From positions 42,408,001-42,472,000 of the forward strand of contig OX597815.1 of NCBI GenBank assembly GCA_951406725.2: a stretch of DNA of 64,000 nucleotides, given 5' to 3'. How positions within the stretch are numbered: the first letter of the stretch is position 1; each line of letters begins with the position of its first letter. Source of the stretch: Octopus vulgaris (taxonomy: Eukaryota). The position numbers and the translations under genes are program-made. The notes under the pieces were generated by a model. That model was not told the DNA's origin. It was given only the letters and a program-made list of their open reading frames with translations, and made no database searches. Shown one piece after another: positions 1 through 12,764 of the stretch.

Positions 1-1155
1 GTAATGCTCAAAGGTCTTTATTTACCGATTTGGCTTCATATCTTCTCTCCCTATCTTATTTTTATAGCGCAATGTTAGCATTCCAATTATATATCAAAGC
101 GTGAGCTCTACACACATCGGCCGCTACTGCTTGCAATCGTATCCCGAATCTGGCTATGTTAGTAGAAATCTATTATATCAACATAAATGATTTAAAACGT
201 ATCAATGTCATAACGTAACTCAGGCGATAAACTTCTACCAGTCAAACAGCGAAATTATTTTCGCCGATTGTACTCTTCCCTTGGACTTCCTGGCCATGTG
301 CGTAAGATAGAAACCACTAATATTTAGTACTATGTCAGGAGGGGCCGACTTTGATGGAAATATAACGTATACATGAGTCAAGAGACCACGTATATCACGC
401 TCTTCGTTGTTTCATTAGTTCTTTTGGTGTACGATAATTGGAACCTGTAATTTTAAGCGGTAATCTTGTTAGCTGTTAAGTTATTATCGAAGTGGTTTAT
501 GATACTACTACAACTAGATTCCTGACATGAAATAGAAAACAAAACCAGATCCAAGATTCAAGACTCGGTAAGAAGTAGTAAGCTTTAAATGTGTAGCGTT
601 CATATTTGATTATCATTAGAATGCTTAACACATTGCTCCACAGCAATAAGATGGAAAGCAAGATATAATACAAGATGGATAAATATAGACCTTAGAGCGT
701 TACTCGTGTCATTCCCTAGGTGATATTGTTATATGCGAAGAGTGTTGTACATCAGCGCGTCAGCAATCAAGTTGTACTTGATGAATAGCAAAGATTTCGT
801 TCTGAACGTGACTTTACTACATAACTATTAACGTAACTATTAACTGTATTTGTGAATAAAGGCATATATGCTACAGAAAGAAATGTTACTATTTACACCG
901 GCTTCACTAAGATGATTAACTCAGACTCTGGAGACCTGTTGTTAAATTGAATACATTTAAACAAAATTAATATTATATTCCCTGTGTGAACTCAGGTGAC
1001 TGTATTATCTTTCCAATCGCCAAACTCTTTAATATTAAATCGAAATTAACTGTTTTCATGCTCATAATTTTGATCGTATCCGTACACACACATGCACACA
1101 TGAATATACACAAATACACACGCACGCACACACACTCAGCCCACTACACGCATTA

Positions 1156-1286
1156 GGTCCACGTCCATAAGGCTGGGTTCGATTTCTGGACCAGATGGTG
1201 CACTGTGTCCTTGTGCGAGGTACTGAGATCAATGTTTTTATGGAGGAGCTGTAGAAGTGATGATGTGCATATTAAAGAAAGAGTGC

Positions 1287-1334
<48 letters not shown>

Positions 1335-2900
1335 TCCTTTGACACTTTCTGCATTTATTCATATTCGACTTCTTTAACAAGAGGAGAATATTCCCACCGT
1401 TCTTCCAGTCCTGTGAGACATGACCAGTGTCTTAAGGAACCATCATCAATTGATGGATACTTCTGATGCGTTCGTCTCTTCTATTTTTTCTCCACTTCTG
1501 CTGGGATACCGCTTACTGTTGGTACTTCACTATTTCAGTGTGATCCGCTTTCGACCAACACTTCCTCTACACCTGGCAGATCATCTATTGGCATATCAGT
1601 ATTTATTGAAAATGCTTTCCAGAACAGTTGAACATTTCATTTTCCGGAATATTATTATCAGCTGACCTCAGCTAAGTGGCACCACTCTTCTGAGGTCAGT
1701 ATATATCAATGAAACAGGCATATAACCTATTCCTGTTGCTGAAATCAGCAGCTGTATTCCTCCTCCACCCGAATCTACCATGTGTGCGTACTGTTTCAGT
1801 CTCTTGTCTGTTTCTCAAAATTTAGCTAAGTTTGAACAAGTATTTCTTTCAAGCTTGACTGCGATGTTTTCACATTAAATCAAAAGTGGTACCCTTACAA
1901 TAAAACCAGTTCTGATGTTTCTAAGTTATTTTTCCAAGCGAGGGTAAACTTTCATTTAAATTCCCTGTTATTATAGGATAGAGTCAAAACTATTGAAAAG
2001 GTTGCAAGACGCAACGAAATTTTAGGACAATAAAAATAAGAAAAACGTGGAAATTTTGCCGGTGAGTGTGTTACATAATAAGACACAAAAAGAAAATGAC
2101 TCTCCCCAGACACAATAGAATATGCTTCAACACACGAACTCATATAAAGAATCTTGCAAGCCAAATCCAAGAACGAAATACAATTCTAGAGTTTTATCTA
2201 TATTTCTTTTCAGCGTGGCCTTTACATTCCTATTCGTCAACATATTGGTGGCTTAATTGGCTTGCAAATTCTAGTCTTCTTCCGTTGGGGGACTGTTTTC
2301 AAGGTTAACTGATATCTAAGTATTTTGTGATTCCTGCTACCATTTTACACTCTATTTACCTGTGTAATGTGCAATTTACTTCTTTTATGAAATAACTTAG
2401 GAGATTCAACGCTCCAAATATGGATGCACCTAGATGACTTTCTGATCCTACTTTCGCTTGAAAATACTTTCGATAATGATGCACTACTTTTCAGAGTAGC
2501 GAGTGAGAAGAGTTTCCTGTTTATGTTGCATTTCCTCACATAATATTTGCCAATATCACTGTATCGCCTATCTGCATCTTCTCCGATGCTGACACTATGT
2601 TGCTTATTACTATCTGCTTGACTATCTGAATTACGCTCCATAGGTCCATTTGCAGTGTACTGTAGGCCTCATCTTTTGTATCATCAGGGTTCATCAATAT
2701 AGGAAAGTAAAAATTGATCAAGATAGAAACTCTCAAAATCAATTCATGATCTGGTCGTTAACACCTGTTGGTTACAGGTTTAATTTAGTTATAATACTGC
2801 TTTTGTGGCAAAGCCTACGTTGGACACATGTCTGCTTGGTAGTATTTTCACTTGGAATGAATGAGTAAACCCATTTTTGACATTGTTAAATTCAAGAGTC
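1156..2900 (-). mobile_element. Highly decayed RTE-like LINE remnant (APE endonuclease fragments to 3' end), interrupted by (CA)n and the 1990-2190 cassette
   Basis: Minus-strand peptide ILINFYFPILMNPDDTKDEAYSTLQMDL (ORF 2536-2742) resembles the RTE APE motif IISAYAPT..P-D-KD-FY-L; the rest is frameshifted. Boundaries approximate. Confidence 0.4.
1990..2190. repeat. Interspersed repeat cassette (probable Penelope-like pseudo-LTR) with hammerhead-like core; second copy at 46569-46760
   Basis: ctattgaaaaggttgcaagacgcaacgaa...gactctccccagacacaatag followed by aatatgcttcaac...taaagaatcttgcaa; the same two blocks recur at 46569-46750. Confidence 0.6.
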
Positions 2901-3144
2901 TTGCGTCTCTAAAGGCTTGATTCACTTAAGTGCTATGAACGCGGAGTGTTATTCTTGTCGTTCTGTCTCCTGTCTCGATGTGTTTTAACATTCAATCGAC
3001 CAAATAAAAGCTATCTTTTTGCGCCTCGTAAAATTTTCACAATTATTCGGAAAAGAGGACAGCCGGCGCACCGTCTTTGGCAACCCAGAAAGCGATCGAT
3101 TCAGTATAATTTTGATTTATTGATATCATTTCTTACTTATGCAT

Positions 3145-3285
3145 TCAAATTTCTCCGAGGTCGACTTTACGTTTCATTCTTTCGGGGATGGCAAAATAAG
3201 TACCAGTTGAACATTGGGGTCGATGTAACCGAATGATGTCCTCCCCTGAAATTGCTGGCCTTGTGCTAAAATTTGAAAGCGATAG
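3145..3285 (+). mobile_element. tRNA-SINE family A, partial
   Basis: ccgaggtcgacttt...tcattctttcgggg...aaataagtaccagttgaacattggggtcgatgtaa matches the family A core seen elsewhere in the window. Confidence 0.75.
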
Positions 3286-4506
3286 TTCTTATCTACAAAG
3301 CATTTAAATTCTAAAGACTTTTGCAGATGCAAGGAGTAATCCCTCGCTCAAAGATAAGTCAAGACATACTGACTCTACAGATGCTGCTACGGTTGACTGT
3401 TAGACTCCACAGTATAATGGACCTCCGTTCATTTCTGGTTGTTCACTCGAAATCATTTACCCTTTATTGACTGGATTTTGCTTTTTTTTTGCTTTCTCCC
3501 TGCAGAGTGTTCGATAATCATTTCACTACTAATCATGCTTGATGGGGCTGCTGGTTTTGCTGCCGATGGCCCAACTATTCCTTTTAGTGTAAACATTGTA
3601 GAGGTTCATACGTTCTGGTCATCATATTAATAGATTGACACTAATGTAGAATGACGGACTTTGCCCTTTGTTTCAGTGTTGTCTCTGCTATACAGATAGA
3701 GGTTAGAAAGAAGAGGATCGTAGTGAGTGTGAAGGTTGGGAGTAATGCAGTCTTCTTAGTGCTACGTGGAGAGATGTGTCGAGTTGGCGAGGTCATGTGA
3801 GGTGAAGAGGGATAGTAAGGCTACATGCAAAGGGGGAAAGTTAAATAAATACCGTGTAGTGAAGGAGAAAGTTGCAAAGTCACATGCAGTCAAGGGTTGC
3901 GAGGTTGTAATGCCGCATAGATGAGAAAACAAGAGGGAAAGGAGAAAAGAAAAAAAGTTGAGGGAAAGGAAAAAAGTTGAGGGAAAGGAAAAAAGAAAAA
4001 AAGTTGAGATAAATATCAGATTTTAAAATAAATGTCATTTTTGTCCATAGACAAATTTAAATCATATTTATTTTATCTTGCAGAGGGCAAAAGAATAAAA
4101 ACAAATAATAAAAAAAACCCATACATATATGTTTATAAATGTTATCTATTTGCTGCTGATACAATATACATATTCTTAAGTCAGTCGGATCTGATAACAT
4201 GTTTTTCATCATTATTATGTGAAAGCAATAATGGTAGATGCCGCTGAGTTTAAATACGAATATATACACAAGGGCAAGAAACAATTTTACTATATAAACA
4301 TGCATGAAGAATACTTCGAATCATGATGGAAAATATGATATCATATTTATTATAAACATCAATTATCAAAACGAATACAATGAATCATGCGATAAAACCT
4401 TGAAGTATTGGAAACAACAATTTGATACCAGCCTTAAATTGCAATACTCCCAGCAACAAAAAAATAATGACGTTAATATGAAATATCATACCAAATCCTT
4501 ATAAAA

Positions 4507-4552
<46 letters not shown>

Positions 4553-5439
4553 GGATAATAATAATAATGATAATAATAGCAAAAACAACAATAACAACAA
4601 TGACAATAAGGAAACATAAAACAAATACCAGGGAGTGTGACTATAAACATTGCAATTCTTTAAAAACTATATGTACAGTACACACACCCACGTATAAACA
4701 CACACATACACACATACACGCACACACATCCATGCACACACATCCATGCACACACATACATGCATACACATACATGCACACACATACATGCACACACATA
4801 CATGCACACACATACATGCACACACACATGCACACACACACTTATATATCTATCTATCTCTCTCTCTCTCGACACACACACACATACACACATACACATA
4901 CATACATAGTTTACTGAAACTGAAACTTTACTTCAAGGCTCGAGTTTCATGCTACTGTACTCTACAGGCAAGAACTGTTACATCTCGGTTTGCTGGAAAA
5001 TTTATATTCGTTAGTGTAGGTGAAATCTCTCGCTTGTGTTTGCACGTTGATCGTTGTTTTGCGTTTGCTTCCTGGTTAATATTTTTCTGCTCCTTCGTTG
5101 ATTACTTTTATGTGGGGTGTCTATTGTCATTCATTGATGAAAGCGATGTATTTTGATTCGTCTTTTTCTCGAGATTTACTTTCCGAATTTTTTAGGTCTG
5201 CTTTGAGCCTAAGTCCCTATTCAAAGATATGGGGCGCCATGACATCACCCTTACTGGAGACACACACAAAACCATCACAGTTTGGATTTAGTTTTCATGA
5301 TACATGAGATATCATTGATTGTAGGCAAGGCACCTATTGTTCTGGGTGTTGTGCAACTGGTCCTGACAGAAGTTCTTTTCATCTGAGAAGAACCAGATCA
5401 TCCCCGACTCAACAGAATGCTTTAGCTTCTTCAGGAATT

Positions 5440-5806
5440 TCTTTGCCTTCGGAAAGAGTCAGAAGTGATCATCGGAGTATTTTTACGATTTCACCAACCT
5501 CAATTTTTATCCTCTCAATTTCTCCAAGAGTAATACCATGGATTACTATATGTGGGGCGCGGTTGAGGAAGGTACACAACCACTCTGCTTACAACACTAA
5601 GACTGAGCTGGCAGCAAAGATCAAGGAGGTGTTCGAAAATCTTCCGAGGGACACAACCGCTCTGCCTACAACACTAAAACCAAGTTGGCAGCTAAGATCA
5701 AGGAGGTATTTGAAAATCTTACGACAGATGCAGTGAGGAACGCATGCTCTAGGTTTCGTAGCTTTCTTGAGGCCGTGGAGACAGCTGAGGGCGGCTACTT
5801 TGAGTA
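5440..5806 (+). pseudogene. Tc1/mariner transposase C-terminal remnant
   Basis: Frameshifted decayed version of W-P-SPD-NP-DY-VWG (aattctccaagagtaataccatggattactatatgtggggc), then NTKTELAAKIKEVFENLP and a terminal EAVETAEGGYFE*; internal ~70-bp duplication at 5584-5724. Confidence 0.75.
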
Positions 5807-6179
5807 AATTGTTATTTCTCAACCACAATCTAGTTAGTATTTCTGTTCAGTTTTCAAACTACTTTTATAATAGTTTCTTGCGCTGAGGACATACTAAACA
5901 ATATATTATAACACGTCCGACATCTAGGTACAGTTATGAGGCACATCCCACACAGCATAACGAACTGAAAATTGAATGAGAGAAGAAACGAGAAAAGGTG
6001 AGAACAAAGTAAAATAAAATGGGATGTTAAAAATCCAGAAAACGAAAAAGTAATCAGAAATAAAAGAGGAAAAAGAGTTAACTCCCTTAGGCCATAAGCT
6101 ATAAGGCTGGAAAAATAGTGACTTAGAGTTTATGGTACAAGTTAATCAGATATTGGTGAAACTACCCAATTCACCAATA

Positions 6180-6965
6180 GGAACTTAGGCATATGTTCAC
6201 AACCGCTAAAAATGTCAGATCTAGAGTTCAGCAGTGAGTTTGCAACTTAGATCTGAGAAGGATCTGAGCTCTTTCAGCTAAGAATAGCTTGCATTTGTTT
6301 GATCCATTAACATAAGGTCGTGATTTTTCGATTATTTTCCACTTCATCGTATGTGGTGTTGCGTTAGATTTTAAACTATATTCTTAGCTAGCCAACTTTG
6401 TAGCTTTGCTTTTGACCTTACGTCAGAAGGAAGCTATGTGGTTAGCATAGTGATTTTAGAATTCTCCTTTACACAGATCAGTATAGGTCTTCTTATCGGT
6501 TGTGTTATCATCTTCTACCTCATATATGACAGGTTCAATCATGTATCGCTGGTCAAGTGTACAGGTTCCTGGGTCTCGACAGTTACAACTGGATTTAGGC
6601 TTTTGGGTGTTGACTTCATGTAATGACACTCTTCATATTGGATCAGCAGCTATGTGATAATTTCACAGATGCCTGTTAAATATTTTCCTGTGATATGCTG
6701 GAAATGTTTGTCTAGGATAGACAAGAATCTTTTACCTATGTTAGTTTTTACGTTAAGGGAAAAGGGAAGGGTGAACCAAGTAATTTTCTCTCGTCTATTT
6801 TTAGGTCTATTAGCATTATTCTGATTAATATTAAAGGGATTATATATTAATGTATTTTTAAAGTCACTATTGGTTAGGTCATTATTATAGTAAGGGGCGG
6901 CTTTCTCGAAAATTTCTTTAGAGGAAGAGAAGTTAGACACTCTGTTACTGATATTAGCTATCAAA
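6180..6965 (-). mobile_element. Penelope-like element remnant: RT thumb/linker plus GIY-YIG endonuclease
   Basis: ORF 6650-6964 (KEIFEKAAPYYNN...RREKITWFTLPFSLNVKTNIGKRFLSILDKHF), then SHSC*SNM, CRDPGTCTLD and CKLFLAEK...LLNSRSDIFSGCEH, the motif order typical of PLE C-termini. Confidence 0.8.
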
Positions 6966-7212
6966 TATAGATTTGTTATTTTTCATTTGTCTTGCTCGCT
7001 TTCGTTTCTGGTGTGCTAAATTTTCTGGAGAACAATTTTTAGTGGTTGAGACCATAGCGGATCTTTTTCTAGCGTAAGGGTTTCTACATAGTGGTTCCCT
7101 CTTATATTTATGTATAAAATGCTATTTACTGAATCTCAGTTTTTTATATGCTAGACCACTGGTGTTAAATTGATGTTATAAAATTAATATCTAATTTTTC
7201 ACCCTCATTTTG

Positions 7213-7271
<59 letters not shown>

Positions 7272-7272
<1 letters not shown>

Positions 7273-7850
7273 CAGCGTTCTGTGTATCTTAACATGGATG
7301 TACTGTGGAAACCAGAAAACTGCAGTATTCATCTGGAGAGAACATCTCGTATAAATGTATAACGCTGTTAAACACAGAATTATATCAGGAGCAGACAAAA
7401 AGGCCCCGACAGCGGCGGTGGGATTGTTAAATTTAGAGTTCTGCTTCTTTGAGCCTCATCAGTAAAAGTGACCACTACCAACTGCATGCTTAGACAAATT
7501 TAGCTGCTATTGACATAGAAAAGTAGCGAATAACATGCCACTGCTATTGCCAACAAATAACTGGTGTCGCGGTTAGGCTGGGTAAAAAATTTCGTTATTG
7601 GCGACGGAGGCTGCCTCAGTTCCAAATAGCATTTTGTATATCTTACCGAACGTGGATATACTATAGAAAACCAGAAAACTGCTGTATTAGTCTCGAGAAA
7701 GCTTCTCGTATAGACGTATAGTACTGATACCTTAGACGTGTTTCAGTAGCAAGCGGAAAGCCTCCAGCAACGGCGATGGAATCGCTAGACCCAGATTTTT
7801 GCTTCTTTCAGCGTCTTCAGCAGCAAATATCCATTAGCTTTCCATGTCAA
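7272..7850 (-). repeat. Diverged tandem repeat (period ~358 bp), each unit carrying a type-I hammerhead-like motif (retrozyme- or pLTR-like)
   Basis: gtatctta..gga..tact.t.gaaaaccagaaaactgc.gtatt recurs at ~7283 and ~7637; minus-strand CTGATGA at 7462-7456 and CTGAAGA at 7820-7814, each followed by a gct/agc stem. Confidence 0.6.
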
Positions 7851-8099
7851 TTAAGATATGCATAATGCTATTTCGCAGTAATACTGCTTCCGTCAATAAT
7901 AAGGAATTTTTACCCTGCTAATGGTTATTAGAGATTTGTTAATCACTGTTTTTCTGTATAAGTACAGGCTAATATTTTCGTATGCATGCATGCATGTATG
8001 CATGCATGCATGTATGTATGTATGCATGCATGCATCTATCAATATATATATATGTATATGTAATATGTATGTACACACACAACACATGCATGTATATAT

Positions 8100-8329
8100 T
8101 TGTTTTTTTATTACCCACAAGGGGCTAAACATAGAGGGGACAAACACAGACAAACGGATTAAGTCGATTACATCGACTCCAGTGCGTAACTGGTACTTAA
8201 TTTATCAACCTCGAAAGGATGAAAGGCAAAGTCGACCTCGGCGGAATTTGAACTCAGAACGTAACGGCAGACGAAATACAGCTACGCATTTCGCCCGGCG
8301 TGCTAACGGTTCTGCCAGCTCGCCGCCCT
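8100..8329 (-). mobile_element. tRNA-SINE family A, full monomer
   Basis: Minus strand reads ggcggcgagctggcagaa (A box), gagttcaaattcc (B box), gcctttcatccttt...; acatgcatgt.tatat flanks both sides (likely TSD). Confidence 0.9.
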
Positions 8330-9872
8330 CAACATGCATGTTTATATACAATATACATACATATGTATATGTGCGTGTGTGTGTTCGCGTTTATGTATCT
8401 GTGTGTGTGTGTGTGTGTATGTCTGTGTGTGAGTGTGTATGTGTTTCTAATTTTTATATAAGATGGGTATATTTTCATTATGTGTTTCATTTCAGTAAAA
8501 GCTTTTGAAATTCGGTATTTCACTGTTCTGAGATCGGACTTTTAATGGAAGTAGTGTTTATCCTCTCTTAACTCAGGATTTGGTTGCTTCCGTTGTTGCC
8601 GTCTATCTAATCCTAGGTCACCCTGATCAAGCCGATCTATAACCAAAGTCGTTCCAGCCATGAACATCCTATCTTTTACTCAGATTCATAATATTTTTTC
8701 ACGATGGTTAGGCATGATAAAATGGTTTGACTGCTATTTCTAACAGATCAAATAATCACGTAGAATTTCCTTTGTTGGTTTGTTTAGTTTGGTTTCGTTG
8801 TTGGAGGAAATGCTACATACTACAGCACTAATAATGGACCTGTCATTTATATGACGTGACTTCTTGACTTCTTGTTATCATAGGCGATAGACACAAAGAT
8901 TTATTCCTAGGCCAATATTGTTACAATATAAAGTTCCTTGTTAGATACTATATGAGACACAATGCCACTGATAATATGCATCATTTTCTGACAGATAATT
9001 AAGATATATAATAACTTCAGAATACCAATTTTTAATAGTTTGTAATATATTTATCAAAAACTAAATATATTTTTTGTAGAATTAGTATATTGATTTCCTA
9101 CATTCAGATAAGGCAATAAATTTGTAGTTATTGGGATATGGGCCCGTGGATCAATACAATTACCTAGCTCATTAGGATTGAAGGGCAAAATCGAGCTCCG
9201 ATGAAATTTGAACTTAGAACGTAAAGGATTTTGCCTAAGTTTTGAATATTTTGCCCGGTGTTCTACCAATCTGACACTTCTTGCCTTACCAGATTAAATG
9301 TATGTACATATGAAATCCAAAATAACAGAGTCCATGATATCTCAATCAAAAGCAGAGGAAGATAATGTGGTGATAGTGGTGGGGGAGAAAGCGGCTATTT
9401 ACAGAAACAGAGGTGCAGGTCAGTAAAGAGAGAGAAGTATAAAAAGAAAGACAAAGAATATCTTTGGTTCTGAATGAAAGAAAGCACTGCTGAGACTACG
9501 AATGAGGAAATTAAGTTTTAACGAGCTACAGAAGCATGAGGTAATTGTGCTTATTTCTAGACTCGGTACTGTAAAGCGTAAAGCAGATGATGGAAGAATG
9601 CTCACCCGGCGAGAATGTGATTTTGTCTCAGAAAATATTCTCAAGAAAACTTGTATTTTTGACAGATGAATTAACTGACGCATGCAAAAATAAAATATCC
9701 TGTTAGAAATAACAGGCAAAATTCCGTTAGATCACATTCTACTGTTTCATAAATGTAAAGTAATGTTGGCCAATGTAGTCGCGGATATGCAAAAAAGATG
9801 AGGTGGTCATGGATGGAATGCTTTTGTTTCTAGGCCTGCTCCACTAAGGATAACATGGGGGTTAAATAACTA

Positions 9873-10060
9873 TCACCACCACCACCACCACCACCACCAC
9901 CACCACCACCACCACCACCACCACCACCACCACCACCACCACCACCACCACCACCACCACCACCACCACCACCACCACCAACACCACCACCACTACCATC
10001 ACCACCACCACCACCACCACCACCACCACCACCACCACCACCACCACCACCACCACCACC
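9873..10060. repeat. (CCA)n/(GGT)n microsatellite
   Basis: ~190 bp of near-perfect cca repeats; explains the poly-G and poly-V ORFs. Confidence 0.98.
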
Positions 10061-10475
10061 AATAGCTACATTAGGAATGGACACAGAACTGGCCTAGTAT
10101 TCGAACAGCTTATTCATTCATTTTGTCTCTGCTAGAAAATACTTGTTTAAACCAGACCAGTCTTGGCTGAAGAAAACCAATTGTGTCCTTCGGAAAATTG
10201 TTATTGGAGGTTTATCTGTTTGAATAAGAGACTGATAATGTAGTTTTGTCTCGGGTAATACGAGAAAGTTGTTAATTACTCTCCACATGGAGACTCGTTG
10301 AGCAAACTTATAACCAAAAGCTTAAAGCCATTACATCGTGTATTCAAGATTAGAAAATTCAGACTACATTCCAACCTAAGGTGCAGTTTGAGGAAGAGTA
10401 TACGCAAGTGATATTTGGCTGCTATTTCTAGCCGGTTAGGTAACCATGTAGTGCCCAACATTGGTTCGACAAGAA

Positions 10476-11041
10476 GGCGGCGGGCTGGCAGAAACGTTAG
10501 CACGCCGGGCGAAATGCTTAGCAGTATTTCGACTGCCGTTACGTTCTGAGTTCAAATTCCGCCGAGGTCACTTTGCCTTTCATCCTTTCGGGGTCGATTA
10601 AATAAGTACCAGTTACGCCCTTAATCCGTTTGTCTGTCCTCGTTTGTCCTCTCATTGTTTAGCCCCTTGTGGGTAGTAAAGAAATAGAAATAGGTATTTC
10701 GTCCGTCTTTACGTTCTGAGTTCAAATTCCGCCGAGGTCAACTTTGCATTTCATCATTTCGGGGTCGATTAAATAAGTACCAGTTACGCACTGGGGTCAA
10801 TATAATCGACTTAATCCCTTTGTCTGTCCTTGTTTGTCTCCTCTGTGTTTAGCCCCTTGCGGGCAATAAAGAAATAGGTATTTCGTCTGTCTTTACGTTC
10901 TGAATTCAAATCCCGCCGAGATCGACTTTGCCTTTCATCCTTTCGGGGTCGATAAATTAAGTACCAGTTACGCACTGGGGTCGATCTAATCCACTGGCCT
11001 CTTCCCCCAAAATTTCGGGCCTTGAGCCTAGAGTAGAAAAA
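10476..11041 (+). mobile_element. SINE family A trimer
   Basis: One tRNA head followed by three copies of gttctgagttcaaattccgccgag...gtaccagttacg; the last unit has a different 3' tail (cccccaaaatttcgggccttg.gcctagagtag). Confidence 0.9.
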
Positions 11042-11509
11042 AAAGAAGTTGATGGAAGATGTGGAGCATGATAGTAAATGCTTAACTCACTGAATTTAAT
11101 CGTATCTCTGTTCAGTCTGAGTTCAAATGCCGGTGTTGACTTGAACGAGTTTCATCCGTTCAGAACCAATAGATTAAATACCAGTAACATATTGCAGCTA
11201 ATTCTTTTGGCTGTAACTCCTCTATACAAATCGACATTATGTTGTACTTGAGGAAATGGATACTATACGCCGTTTTGTAATTAATGAGAAATGTATAAAT
11301 ACAGAAACAGATTTAAGATGAAAAATGGCGAAACTGGGTTTCTCTTTCAGAGAATAACAATAGTCTTACAAATTTAGGGAACAGTAAAAATTATTCTTTG
11401 TTTCCTATCAAAGCTACGTGCACTTGACTACTTAACTTCACTTAGGCCATTAATATTCTCGCGAAACCATGAACGAACTACTTCTATACTAAAATAAACG
11501 CATTTAGTG

Positions 11510-11887
11510 GGAAGCACTCCGTCGGTTACGACGACGAGGGTTCCGGTTGATCCGAATCAACGGAACAGCCTGCTCGTGAAATTAACGTGTAAGTGGCTGA
11601 GCACTCCACAGACACGTGTACCCTTAACGTAGTTCTCGGGGATATTCAGCGTGACACAGAGAGTGACAAGGCCGGCCCTTTGAAATACAGGTACAACAGA
11701 AACAGGAAGTAAGAGAAAGTTGTGGTGAAAGAGTACAGCAGGGATCACCACCATCCCCTGCCGGAGCCTCGTGGAGCTTTAGGTGTTTTCGCTCAATAAA
11801 CACTCACAACGCCCGGTCTGGGAATCGAAACCGCGATCCTATGACCGCGAGTCCGCTGCCCTAACCACTGGGCCATTGCGCCTCCAC
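11510..11887 (-). mobile_element. tRNA-SINE family C, full length with TSD
   Basis: Minus head gtggaggcgcaatggcccagtggttaggg...ggtttcgattccc (A and B boxes); 15-bp TSD taaacgcatttagtg (11495-11509) / taaaggcatttagtg (11888-11902). Confidence 0.9.
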
Positions 11888-12764
11888 TAAAGGCATTTAG
11901 TGCAGGTTCATAAAAGAAACAAATATATTCTTTTATTGGTTTCAGTCATTTGACTGCGGCCATGCTTGAGCATCGCCTTAAACATAAAATCAAAATTGTA
12001 CAGAGGGACTTAAATTATATGAAACGCCGTATTTTACTAAATACCAATTGTTAAAAATAGCTATTTCTTGTGTAGAAATTCTTTTATATATATATTTTGT
12101 TTTACTATTATGATAAATGAGAAAAGAGGTATTAGATTATTCATTCATATTCAGAATATTTAAATTCAAAGATAACAAGATTTATGTTTTTTTGCTTTCT
12201 GTCTGAAAAGGAGAATTACTAGCAGGATTTGCATTCCTCTTCTACCTGTTATGCTGGTATCAATAAATATTTCGAAGTGATTATTTATCAATTTTTTCAC
12301 TTGTAATAAAACTATTAAAGTTAATGATTGAACCGAGGAGAAATATTTTAGCGGGGATTTTATTCTAACCGATTCTAGAGACAATTACGTTGAAATATAG
12401 GTTTAACATATCATATCCAATTGATCTATCACAAATCGGAAATTAATATCCTTTTATCAGATACAAAGGGAAATGCGTTGCCCAGACAGGAAAAGGAAAC
12501 GGCTTTAATGAGATTATTTCTTGTGCACATTTTTCAAAATATTACTCAAAAGTTTAATAGAGAAAGTGTAATGCCTGAAGAACATGTTGTTTTGCTCTAT
12601 TAGTCACGAATAGGAGAGTATGACTCTGCGTCATTGATTGATATGAAAGAAAAAGTAACTTGGTGTGTATTTGAACATAATTATTTTCCTCTAAAGGTCA
12701 ATATTAAATTAGGATCCATAAATATTTCATCTTATTTTTTAATGGATGAATCATATATTTTTTT

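Noticed and set aside
100-360. Possible APE endonuclease remnant on the minus strand (IVLNISGFYLTHMARKSKGRV)
   Set aside because: Similarity too weak to support without a profile search.
6621-6660. In-frame TGA in the PLE linker (S-H-S-C-TGA-S-N) suggesting a selenocysteine Naiad-type element
   Set aside because: The Sec position in the SUxxN motif is the Cys itself, which is TGC here; the TGA is one codon later in a copy full of other disruptions.
10476-11041. Regularly repeated units resembling a CRISPR array or tRNA gene cluster
   Set aside because: No unique spacers or cas genes, and the context is eukaryotic; units are SINE bodies whose heads do not complete a cloverleaf.
11800-11887. 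tRNA-like sequence on the minus strand
   Set aside because: It is the head of a TSD-flanked SINE, with no acceptor-stem closure or terminator.
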